The notes under the pieces: generated by a model
The model's database searches: none
Told to the model about the DNA's origin: nothing
The model's input: the letters and a program-made list of their open reading frames with translations, nothing else
Assembly: GCA_965224485.1 (NCBI GenBank)
Contig: CBDCZH010000015.1
Location: 288,001-352,000 of the forward strand
Length of the DNA: 64,000 bases
Reading direction: 5' to 3'
From: Arcobacteraceae bacterium
GTDB taxonomy: Bacteria; Campylobacterota; Campylobacteria; Campylobacterales; Arcobacteraceae
Shown here: piece after piece, positions 44,144-52,460 of the stretch
Layout: each line of letters starts with the position of its first letter
Position numbering within the stretch: the stretch's first letter is position 1
Translations under genes and position numbers: made by a program

Positions 44144-45364
44144 TTGAAGTTTATTGATTTATTTGCAGGTATTGGTGGATTTCGGAGAGGAATGGAAGCA
44201 CACGGACATGAGTGTGTTTTAAGTTGCGAAATTGATGCTAGTGCAAGAAAAAGTTATACTGCAATTCATGGAATCAACCATGACTTTCCAAATGATGTAA
44301 CAAAACTTAAAGATAGTAAATTACCATATTTTGATATTCTATGTGCAGGTTTCCCTTGTCAACCTTTTAGTCGTGCAGGACGAAGAGAAGGCTTTAATAA
44401 TGATAGAAGTGGAAACCTTTTCTTTTCTGTAATGGATATTGTAAAAAAAGAAAACCCTCAAAAAATATTCTTAGAAAATGTTAAAGGTTTATTAACATCA
44501 GGAATCATAACTGAACCTAATGGAGAAACTAAAAAAGGCATTACACCTAAATATATTGAAGTTGAAAAAGGTAGAACTTTTACAATAATTCTTGAAGAAT
44601 TAGACTTAGCAGGATACGACGTACAATGGCAACTTATAAATAGTGCCCATTTTATAGCTCACAAAAGAGAACGTGTATATATTATTGCAACAAAAAGAAA
44701 AGAAAAAGGAAAATTAAAACAAATATTTCCAATCCATATAGAGAACTCAGAACTAAAATACACTAATAAACTTTTTGAGAACATGTTATGTGAAGCTAAA
44801 TATAATTTTATTAAAAAAGAGAGTTCTACTTTCAAGTTATCTAAAAATGGAAAAATTATTGACTCGAAAACAAATGAGATATATCAATTTAATAGTGCTA
44901 CTCCATGGAAAAACTTTGGAATAATGATTAATGGAAATATATTAACAGCAAAAGTTAAACATGATCCAGAAATAGTTCATAAACTTTCAGAACTTCTTGA
45001 TGATGAAAAAGACATTGATAAAAAACTCATACTTACAAAAGAGGAAGAAGAAAAGCAGAGATATGCAAAATCTCCTAAAACATGGAAAAGTGGAAATAAA
45101 ATGGGAAGAATGGCTTTTCCTGATAGTATCGAAAAACCATCAAGAACACTAACTGCAAATTCTTCAGGAAGAGAAATGATGGTGGTTCCGTATAAAGATA
45201 AATTTAGAAAGTTAACAGCAAAAGAATATTATAGACTTCAAGGTTTTAAAGATAAAGACTATAATAAAGCTATTAAGGCCGGAGTATCAGAATCACAAAT
45301 TAAAAAGCAAGCTGGTAATGCTGTTACCACTAAAACTATAGAAGCTATTGCTTCTAAGTTCTAA
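44144..45364 (+). CDS. C5-cytosine DNA methyltransferase (M.Sau3AI-like)
   Basis: DLFAGIGGF, GFPCQPFS, ENV, RERVYI, GNAV. TTG start after AAGGGG SD; TATAAT at 44110-44115. Confidence 0.93.
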   Translation: MKFIDLFAGIGGFRRGMEAHGHECVLSCEIDASARKSYTAIHGINHDFPNDVTKLKDSKLPYFDILCAGFPCQPFSRAGRREGFNNDRSGNLFFSVMDIVKKENPQKIFLENVKGLLTSGIITEPNGETKKGITPKYIEVEKGRTFTIILEELDLAGYDVQWQLINSAHFIAHKRERVYIIATKRKEKGKLKQIFPIHIENSELKYTNKLFENMLCEAKYNFIKKESSTFKLSKNGKIIDSKTNEIYQFNSATPWKNFGIMINGNILTAKVKHDPEIVHKLSELLDDEKDIDKKLILTKEEEEKQRYAKSPKTWKSGNKMGRMAFPDSIEKPSRTLTANSSGREMMVVPYKDKFRKLTAKEYYRLQGFKDKDYNKAIKAGVSESQIKKQAGNAVTTKTIEAIASKF

Positions 45365-46112
45365 GTGGCCATAGCCTTCTAATTTCACACATTTTTAAAA
45401 AACTATCTTTCAATACTAAATTAATTGGTTTTTCTATTAAATAAGTAGATAAATATATCATGCCTTTTGACTTTTCTATCTCATTGATTTCTATTTTTAT
45501 CTGTGATATTTTATTTTTACTTCTAACAGCTTCAACACTTTTTACTCCTCTGATATTTTTCAATGCTTTTATATTTGTACTTTTTCTAATTGAATCTACA
45601 TAAAACAGTAGTTTTTCTTTAGTTAATTCAATTTTATTTAATTCTTCTTTTAATTTAATTCTTTTTAAAGAATCAATATAACAACTAGAGAATGGTATCA
45701 TTTCATTATTTTTAATTCTACTTATAATCTCACTTCTGATTTTTTTAATTTCATGTTCTGACTTTATGGAATCAATATTTACCTGTATATTTCTTCCTAA
45801 AAAATAATAATCCGTTTCCATTTTATCATCAATCAGCCATCCAATTGTTTTAACTCCACTTCTATTTATAAAAGAAAGCTCAAACGCAAATGTATTTAAA
45901 GATTTTTGAATATATGACAGTTGTGCTTTTTCATCAATATTTTTATTTTTGTTTCCAATTAAATCTACGCCCTTTAATTGTTTCTCTTTCCCCCCTTTAG
46001 ATAAATAATCAATTCTTTTGTATTTAAATTTCATTATTTTAGGATAAATACAACAGTCCAAATAATTTGAAAACTGTTTTTCCAATTCCAAGTCTATTTC
46101 TTTTTGTGTCAT
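45354..46112 (-). CDS. Hypothetical protein, putative PD-(D/E)XK nuclease fold
   Basis: QLKGVD...IDEKAQ...TFAFEL pattern; ATGA-coupled to the restriction gene. Confidence 0.5.
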   Translation of the reverse strand: MTQKEIDLELEKQFSNYLDCCIYPKIMKFKYKRIDYLSKGGKEKQLKGVDLIGNKNKNIDEKAQLSYIQKSLNTFAFELSFINRSGVKTIGWLIDDKMETDYYFLGRNIQVNIDSIKSEHEIKKIRSEIISRIKNNEMIPFSSCYIDSLKRIKLKEELNKIELTKEKLLFYVDSIRKSTNIKALKNIRGVKSVEAVRSKNKISQIKIEINEIEKSKGMIYLSTYLIEKPINLVLKDSFLKMCEIRRLWPLRT

Positions 46113-47437
46113 TTATTTACTTTAAATATTGATTTAATATATTTAGAATTAAGCCAGAAGCATTTCTTTACTTCATTTGTACCTTCTGGTGTTTCATAAG
46201 TATCCATTTTGTTTTTTGCATGTGGCCTAACATGTGCTATTCTATGTTCAGACTTCCTAGGCAAACAATTAGACTGTTTGTTATTTATTCTATATATGGT
46301 TTCTTCCCACATTTTTTTAACTTCCAATACATCACCATATGACATATTCCAAAACTTAACACCTTTAAGTTTTAAGTTATCATTTTCATCATACTGATAG
46401 AAAACAAAAAAGAATTTTTTCTCTAGAATTAATTTAAAATCAGATTCTTCCCAGGTTTCTTTTATTATCTCTTTGTATTTAAATGTAGGGAAAGATATGT
46501 CTTCTTTTGGAACTCCATTTACCTTTAGCCTTACAGTTTTCACAATAATATCTGATTTTGTAAACTCTTCAATCTTTTCATCTGTTTTTAAGCCCAAGAT
46601 TAGCTTTGTAAGATTCGCATAAAAACTCTTTGCTTTTTTATTTAACTGATTTTCAAAACAATTTAATATATCATCAATATTCATTCCATAAAATATTGAA
46701 AACTTATTATAAACAATTTCCTCAAGTGATAAAACAGAGTTCTGCTTTATAATTTTTCCAAATTTCTCTTTTTCATTATTAGCAAAAGAAGCTATTATAT
46801 GATTCACGTAACCTTGTTTGAAAGAAAATGCTCTTTGTTTTGCCTGTATATCAGAATAAGGTTGATTCCTTAAATTTCCGCCTTTTGATCCTTTTGTGGC
46901 TGCTCCAAGGTAAAAAGTATCTCCTTCTGATAGTTCATGTGCATTCCCAGCAATAACTTTTTCTTGAATTATCTTCCAGTCATTTTTTATAATTTGTAAA
47001 TCTTGGTCATCAAGTTTCCATATATCAACGAGTTTAATTACGTAATCTAAAAAAAACTTATCATGTTCATGTAAATAGAAAATTAATAAAAGATTTTTGT
47101 TTTTTTTAAGGAATGTACTATCTTCAAATTTTTCATCAACTAAAGTTAAATAATTTATTATATTTAAAACTAATCTTTCTTTTGAATTAATAGTTCCATT
47201 CTTTAAAATTTTTAATGAACTAGTTTTTAGCTCTAAATTTGCTTCGGGAAAGTCTGCATTAGAATTAGAGTTTGGATTATATCCATAGTAAAATTTTTCT
47301 AAAACCTGTCCAAAGTTACCCTTACCTTTAAATAAATTGGTAGAATCATCAAATGAACACACTTGAGTTAAGGTTTGGTTTTTAAGTTTTTTAGAATAAT
47401 TTAAAATAGATTCTTGAGATTCAGGTTTATAAAGCAT
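46109..47437 (-). CDS. Sau3AI/MutH-family type II restriction endonuclease
   Basis: KGNFGQVLE...ADFPEANLELK, LSEGDTFYLGAATKG, RAFSFK, HVRPHA, CFWLN two-domain pattern. Confidence 0.9.
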   Translation of the reverse strand: MLYKPESQESILNYSKKLKNQTLTQVCSFDDSTNLFKGKGNFGQVLEKFYYGYNPNSNSNADFPEANLELKTSSLKILKNGTINSKERLVLNIINYLTLVDEKFEDSTFLKKNKNLLLIFYLHEHDKFFLDYVIKLVDIWKLDDQDLQIIKNDWKIIQEKVIAGNAHELSEGDTFYLGAATKGSKGGNLRNQPYSDIQAKQRAFSFKQGYVNHIIASFANNEKEKFGKIIKQNSVLSLEEIVYNKFSIFYGMNIDDILNCFENQLNKKAKSFYANLTKLILGLKTDEKIEEFTKSDIIVKTVRLKVNGVPKEDISFPTFKYKEIIKETWEESDFKLILEKKFFFVFYQYDENDNLKLKGVKFWNMSYGDVLEVKKMWEETIYRINNKQSNCLPRKSEHRIAHVRPHAKNKMDTYETPEGTNEVKKCFWLNSKYIKSIFKVNK

Positions 47438-47545
47438 TTATTCCTAGCAAAAGTTATTTTATTAATTATTATCTAAAATAACTTTTGTCTTCCTTTAATT
47501 ATAAAAAACAAATGGATTATCTTGTAATTTTAACCTAATTGGTAG

Positions 47546-48134
47546 TTGCTCTTGTAAACTTTCAGTTCCCGCTTTCTTACTTTTGTATTGACTAAAAGTA
47601 AGCAAAAACAACTACTGTTTCGGAGGCTGAAGCTCCCTAAAGTTGTTTTATTGATTTACTTAAAAATAAGAACTCATTAAAATATGCTCCCAGCATATTT
47701 TTTTACATTCAAACAATTATTTTTGGGTTACGTAAAGAAATAAAAAAACTTTAGCTCCTGCAAATGTAGCATTTCAATTGAAAGATCTTTTGTCTACTTC
47801 GTAGATATAGTTTTGATACATATTTATAAATTCATTTTTATATTGGGCATTTTGATTACTTGCTCTTGTCCTGCCTTTGAGGAAGCTAGAGTTTGAGTGT
47901 TTATTTTCGGTAACAAGCGAAGCATGTTTGACCGTTAAGAAAGGTGCCGTAAGGGCACGTTTTAGGGAGTTCTGGAGCGCAGAAAATGAATTCTTGAACT
48001 CTAGGCACCCGGAGGGATTCATCAACCGGCAGTCGACTTTTTTGTTTCTTTTTGATCGATAAAAAAAGATGCCTGAGCATAGCGATACAATCCTGTAAGG
48101 GAAAAAAGCGCGAAGATTCATCTTTGTAAGAGTT
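47546..48134 (+). repeat. Structured ~590-nt non-coding repeat / candidate large ncRNA, full copy B
   Basis: Colinear with 51827-52418; many hairpins with compensatory changes between the copies. Confidence 0.85.
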
Positions 48135-48160
48135 CTAAAAGTCAAAACTATATTAGGTTT

Positions 48161-48665
48161 TATAATTATTAGTTTATATATTAAAATAGTTCAAAATAAC
48201 GGGCTTTTACTCTTGTAAACTTTAGCTCCTGCAAATGTAGCATTTCAATTGAAAGATCTTTTCTCTACTTCGTAGATATAGTTTGAAGACATATTTATAA
48301 ATTCATTTTTATATTGGTATCTTAATTTTTGGATACTTATACAACTTACTCTTTTCATACATTTGTAAAACTAGAATTTTAGTTTTTTTAGGTGATAAGA
48401 GATTCAAATGTATATTATATTTGACATTTATTAATTTTTTAAACTCTATGCAAATATACTATCATATTCACATAATTTCATTATATAAGTTCTGGAGCGC
48501 AGAAAATGAATTCTTGAACTCTAGGCACCCGAAGGGCTTCAGCAATCGGCAGTCGCTTCTTTTCTTACGATTAAGAAAAGATGCCTGAACGAAAGGAACA
48601 ATCATGTAAGGGAAAAAGAGTGAAGGTTCACCTTTGTAAGAGTTCTAAAAGTCATAACTATATTT
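48161..48665 (+). repeat. Rearranged partial copies of the structured repeat plus a duplicated hipB upstream segment
   Basis: 5' flank joined directly to the middle section (48161-48317); 48323-48432 matches 49374-49455 and 49590-49624; 48488-48665 matches the 3' half of copy B. Confidence 0.8.
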
Positions 48666-48719
48666 CGCTGCTTACTTGAAGTTACACCGTAACTTTTTTA
48701 TTTTTACTTTAGTAAATAA

Positions 48720-48971
48720 TTAATATACTTCTTTTCTGTGGGCTACTCTAATCACTGTAATTAATAATATATCATTTTCTTTTAAATATATAACTCTATA
48801 GTCTCCAGCTCTTTTTCTAAATTTACCTTGATGTTTACCTTTTAAAGATTTGTCATTTGTAAAAATACCATTTTGCAAATCTTTAATTTTATTAACAATT
48901 AATTGTTGATTTTCTTTATTGATTTTTGCTAATTCTTTTAAAGCAAATTTTGGAATAATAACTTTATACAT
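48720..48971 (-). CDS. RelE/ParE family toxin
   Basis: KSLKG...FRKRAGDYRVIY...VAHRKEVY. Confidence 0.92.
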   Translation of the reverse strand: MYKVIIPKFALKELAKINKENQQLIVNKIKDLQNGIFTNDKSLKGKHQGKFRKRAGDYRVIYLKENDILLITVIRVAHRKEVY

Positions 48972-49198
48972 TAGTCAAGTCCAAGTTGTTTAGCCACTTG
49001 TTCAAGTGAAAAAACTTCTACATTTCCTTTTTTAACTTCATCAATTCTTTGATCTGAAATCATGTCATCTAAGGTATCAAAATAACTACCAACAGCTTTT
49101 TCAATAATATATGTTCTTGTTCTATCTAGTTCCCTTGCATAGTTATCTAAATCTGATAATAATGATTCATCTAATCTTATATTGATTGCTTTTTTCAT
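48971..49198 (-). CDS. Ribbon-helix-helix antitoxin (RelB-like)
   Basis: INIRLDESLLSDLD...RTRTYII RHH; TAATG coupling to the toxin. Confidence 0.85.
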   Translation of the reverse strand: MKKAINIRLDESLLSDLDNYARELDRTRTYIIEKAVGSYFDTLDDMISDQRIDEVKKGNVEVFSLEQVAKQLGLD

Positions 49199-49227
49199 AC
49201 TAGTACCTTGTATTTTATTGTAGATAC

Positions 49228-49256
49228 ATTTTACTACATTGTAACTTTTTTGTCAA
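49228..49256 (-). promoter_or_regulatory. Sigma70-type promoter of relBE with overlapping operator
   Basis: TTGACA-17-TAAAAT on the minus strand; TGTAG...CTACA inverted repeat over the -10. Confidence 0.7.
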
Positions 49257-49478
49257 GGATTGCTGAATAATTACTCATAAGTTTGCCTTGTGCTAAAAGC
49301 ACAAGTTTCCTTATTCCTCTACTAAGCAGATATAGTTTTATATATATTTAGTAATACTCTTTAATTGTTATTTTAATTTTTGGATACTTAAACAACTTAC
49401 TCTTTTCATACATTGGTAAAACTAGAATTTTAATTTTTTTAGGTGATAAGAGATTAAAAGAAACTAATGATTTTAAGA

Positions 49479-49578
49479 TTTAATTTTACTTGACTAAATA
49501 TGCGCTATTGATAAAGCAAGACTTATCAGGAAAATAAACACTCATGATAAAAAAACTTTAGTAGAGATATTTACTTAT
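49479..49578 (+). pseudogene. Relic of a mazF/pemK 3' end
   Basis: Translates LILLD*ICAIDKARLIRKINTHDKKT-LVEIFTY versus intact LILLDQIRTIDKARLIKKITTLDEKTSKEVSRTLVEMFTY. Confidence 0.85.
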
Positions 49579-49612
49579 TTCTTTATACAAGAGATTCAAA
49601 TGTATATTATAT

Positions 49613-49659
49613 TTGACATTTATTGATTTTTACTATAAAATGTTGTATATAATATACAA
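49613..49659 (+). promoter_or_regulatory. Promoter/operator of hipBA
   Basis: TTGACA-17-TAAAAT followed by the palindrome TTGTATA-TAA-TATACAA. Confidence 0.7.
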
Positions 49660-49669
49660 AGAAGAGCTA

Positions 49670-49915
49670 ATGGATTTTAAAGAATTTGGAAAAGAAATAT
49701 CAAAATTGAGAAAAGAACAGAAAATTACTCAAGAAGAACTAGCAACTGATCTTAATATCTCACGTGCAACTATTGGGAATCTTGAAAATGCTAAAACTAT
49801 AGATATTGGTTTTAAAAAAGTTTTACAAATTGTAGATTATTTAGGTTTTGAGCTAAATATTAAAACGAAGTCACCTTTTCCTACTTTAGAGGAGTTACAA
49901 GATGAAAGAGACTAA
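49670..49915 (+). CDS. hipB: HipB-like XRE HTH antitoxin
   Basis: LRKEQKITQEELATDLNISRATIGNLEN; upstream of hipA. The ORF-track start at 49613 falls in the promoter. Confidence 0.85.
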   Translation: MDFKEFGKEISKLRKEQKITQEELATDLNISRATIGNLENAKTIDIGFKKVLQIVDYLGFELNIKTKSPFPTLEELQDERD

Positions 49916-51068
49916 TGAACTTGAAGTTTTTGTAAATAAAGATTCTGTTGGTTCCTTAGTTTATGAAAATGATGAATATATTTATAAATGTAATAATCAA
50001 AATAAAAACGATTATATTTCTTTAACTATGCCAGTAAGAAGTAAAGATTATATTAATAAAAGTTTACATCCTCTTTTCGAAATGCACTTACCTGAAGGTT
50101 ATCTTTTATCTATTATTAAAAAACATTTTTCTAAAATAGATAAAACTGATGATTTTGGTTTATTAAAAATTATGTCTTCTTCTATAAAAGGAAGAGTTTC
50201 TTACAAAAAGAAGAATCAACAAAAAGAACATTTAAGTTTAGATAACTTAATTCATCCAAGTAATAAAGACTTATTTAATACTCTTGTTGATAAATTTGCC
50301 TTAACATCTGCTCTTTCAGGAGTTCAACCTAAAGTTATTGCAAGGGTAAAAGACAAAGCAACACTTCCTGTAAATGAATATATTGTTAAATCATGGGGAG
50401 AGGATTATCCTAATTTAGCGCTAAATGAATTTTATTGCATGCAAGTAGCTAAAAAAGCCAACTTAGATGTTCCTGAGTTCTATATATCTGATGATAATAA
50501 ACTATTTATTATGAAACGATTTGATTTGTCAGAAAATAATAAGACTTTGGGTTTTGAAGATATGTGTGTTTTGCAAGCCAAACAAAGAGATGATAAATAT
50601 GAAGGCTCATATGAAGGAATTGCTAGAACTATTAAAACCTTTGTTTCAAGAAGAAATAAAAAACAAGCTTTAGAGAATTTTTTTAAAATGATTGTAATTA
50701 ATAATTTTGTGCAAAATGGAGATGCTCATTTAAAAAACTTTGGTTTATTATATGAAGATATTAATAACATAAAACTTGCTCCCACATATGATATCGTATC
50801 AACTACAATGTATATAACAAAAGATATTCCTGCTTTGCATTTACTAGGAAGTAAAAAATGGTGGAGTAAAAAGTTTCTTATTCGCTTTGCAATTGAGAGT
50901 TGTGATCTATCTTTAAAAGAATCTAATGAGTTGTATGATAAATGTATAAATTCATTAAAAAAAGTGATTTTAGAAATAAAAGAAAAAATTAAAGATGAAA
51001 AAGACACCAATACAATTGAATTCTTAGAAAAATTAAATAATATTTTTAAACTCAATTTATTAAATTAA
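49902..51068 (+). CDS. hipA: HipA-family serine/threonine kinase toxin
   Basis: LSGVQPK, KRFD, FEDM, GDAHLKNF, LAPTYD. Confidence 0.93.
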   Translation: MKETNELEVFVNKDSVGSLVYENDEYIYKCNNQNKNDYISLTMPVRSKDYINKSLHPLFEMHLPEGYLLSIIKKHFSKIDKTDDFGLLKIMSSSIKGRVSYKKKNQQKEHLSLDNLIHPSNKDLFNTLVDKFALTSALSGVQPKVIARVKDKATLPVNEYIVKSWGEDYPNLALNEFYCMQVAKKANLDVPEFYISDDNKLFIMKRFDLSENNKTLGFEDMCVLQAKQRDDKYEGSYEGIARTIKTFVSRRNKKQALENFFKMIVINNFVQNGDAHLKNFGLLYEDINNIKLAPTYDIVSTTMYITKDIPALHLLGSKKWWSKKFLIRFAIESCDLSLKESNELYDKCINSLKKVILEIKEKIKDEKDTNTIEFLEKLNNIFKLNLLN

Positions 51069-51124
51069 ATACTATGAGTTTATTATCACTAAAAAAATAT
51101 ACAAACTAAGCCTTTAATCGTATA

Positions 51125-51157
51125 TTGACATAAAAATGTTATTACAATATAATTACA
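51125..51157 (+). promoter_or_regulatory. Promoter/operator of mazEF
   Basis: TTGACA-17-TATAAT with repeated ATTACA / TGTTATTACA palindromic units. Confidence 0.7.
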
Positions 51158-51172
51158 TTAAAAGGAATCATT

Positions 51173-51430
51173 ATGACTATGCTTACTAAAATTGGTAACT
51201 CACAGGGTATTCGTATTCCAAAAGCTATTATAAAACAATCACATTTGGAAAACTGTGAAATTGAATTTGAAGTTACTAAAAACGGTTTGCTTTTAAAACC
51301 TATTATTAAAAATTCTAGAGATTCTTGGAGTGATGATATTGATGGCTTTAATAAAACTTCTTTGGAAGATGAGGCTGTTTTAGATGAGATTCTTAGCTTA
51401 GAGAATGAAGATGAAGAGTGGACTTGCTAA
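51173..51430 (+). CDS. mazE: AbrB/MazE-family antitoxin
   Basis: KIGNSQGIRIPK N-terminus and acidic EEW tail. Confidence 0.9.
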   Translation: MTMLTKIGNSQGIRIPKAIIKQSHLENCEIEFEVTKNGLLLKPIIKNSRDSWSDDIDGFNKTSLEDEAVLDEILSLENEDEEWTC

Positions 51431-51744
51431 TGAAACGTTTTGATATTTATTTGATAAATCTTGATCCTACTATTGGAAGAGAAATACAAAAAACTAGACC
51501 TTGTGTTATTATTTCTCCTGATGAAATGAGCTCATTAAAAACTCTTATTATTGCGCCTTTAACATCAAAAGGTTTTGATTATCTTTTTAGAATTAAAACA
51601 AAGGTTCAAAATAAAAATGGTTTAATTTTACTTGATCAAATACGAACTATTGATAAAGCACGACTCATAAAAAAAATCACTACTCTTGATGAAAAAACTT
51701 CTAAAGAAGTTTCACGAACTCTAGTAGAAATGTTTACTTATTAA
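51418..51744 (+). CDS. mazF: MazF/PemK endoribonuclease toxin
   Basis: LDPTIGREIQKTRPCVIISP, APLTS, DQIRTIDKARL. Confidence 0.93.
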   Translation: MDLLMKRFDIYLINLDPTIGREIQKTRPCVIISPDEMSSLKTLIIAPLTSKGFDYLFRIKTKVQNKNGLILLDQIRTIDKARLIKKITTLDEKTSKEVSRTLVEMFTY

Positions 51745-51826
51745 AAAAATTTAATTATTGACAAAACTAGATTAGAGTTTTATAATTATTAGTTTGTACA
51801 TTAAAATAGTTTTAACTAACTGGTAT

Positions 51827-52418
51827 TTGCTCTTGTAAACTTCCAGTTCCCGCTCTTTTCTTCTTTTGCCAAAAAGAAGAAACAAGAAAGTGTCTACGGC
51901 TTCATCGGCCTAAAGGCTCCCCAAATATTTTTTATTGATTTACTTAAAAATATAACTCACTAAAATATGCCTGAGGGCATATTTATTAACGCTTAAACAG
52001 AAATTTTTGGGTTACGTAAATCAATAAAAAATATTTAGCTCTTGCAGATGTAGATTTAAAGGAATACTCTTTTGTCTGCTAAAGCAGATATAGTTTTAAG
52101 ACATATTTAATAACGTATTTTTATATTGGGCATTTTGATTACTTGCTCTTGTCCTCCCTTTGAGGAAGCTAGAGTTTGAGAGTTTATTTTTGGTAACAAG
52201 CGAAGCCTGTCTGACCGTTAAGAAAGATGCCATAAAGGCATGTTTTAGGAAGTTCTACAGCACAGAAAATGAATTCTTGAACTCTAGGAACCCGAAGGGC
52301 TTCATCAACCGGCAGTCGACTTTTTTGTTTCTTTTTGATCGACAAAAAAAGATGCCTGAGCATAGCGATATAATCCTGTAAGGGAAAAAGCGAAGTACCT
52401 TTAGGTCTTCAAGAGCAA
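51827..52418 (+). repeat. Structured ~590-nt non-coding repeat / candidate large ncRNA, full copy D
   Basis: Bounded by TTGCTCTTG...CAAGAGCAA; perfect 21-bp stem 51923-51943/52016-52036; colinear with copy B. Confidence 0.85.
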
Positions 52419-52460
52419 AAGCCTGTTTATTAAAACAAAAGAAATATATAAACTCATATC

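Noticed and set aside
47877..48062. ORF MRKLEFE... and its twin at 52160..52381 as a duplicated small protein
   Set aside because: Both lie inside the structured repeat, have TTG starts without an SD and different stops. Differences between them are mostly non-synonymous while preserving base pairing.
47774..48145. 123-aa minus-strand ORF
   Set aside because: Shadow frame within repeat B; no recognisable motif and atypical composition.
43866..52418. CRISPR array or classical integron interpretation of the repeats
   Set aside because: No short regularly spaced repeats with unique spacers, no cas or intI gene, and the units are much longer than attC sites with no clear attC core boxes seen.
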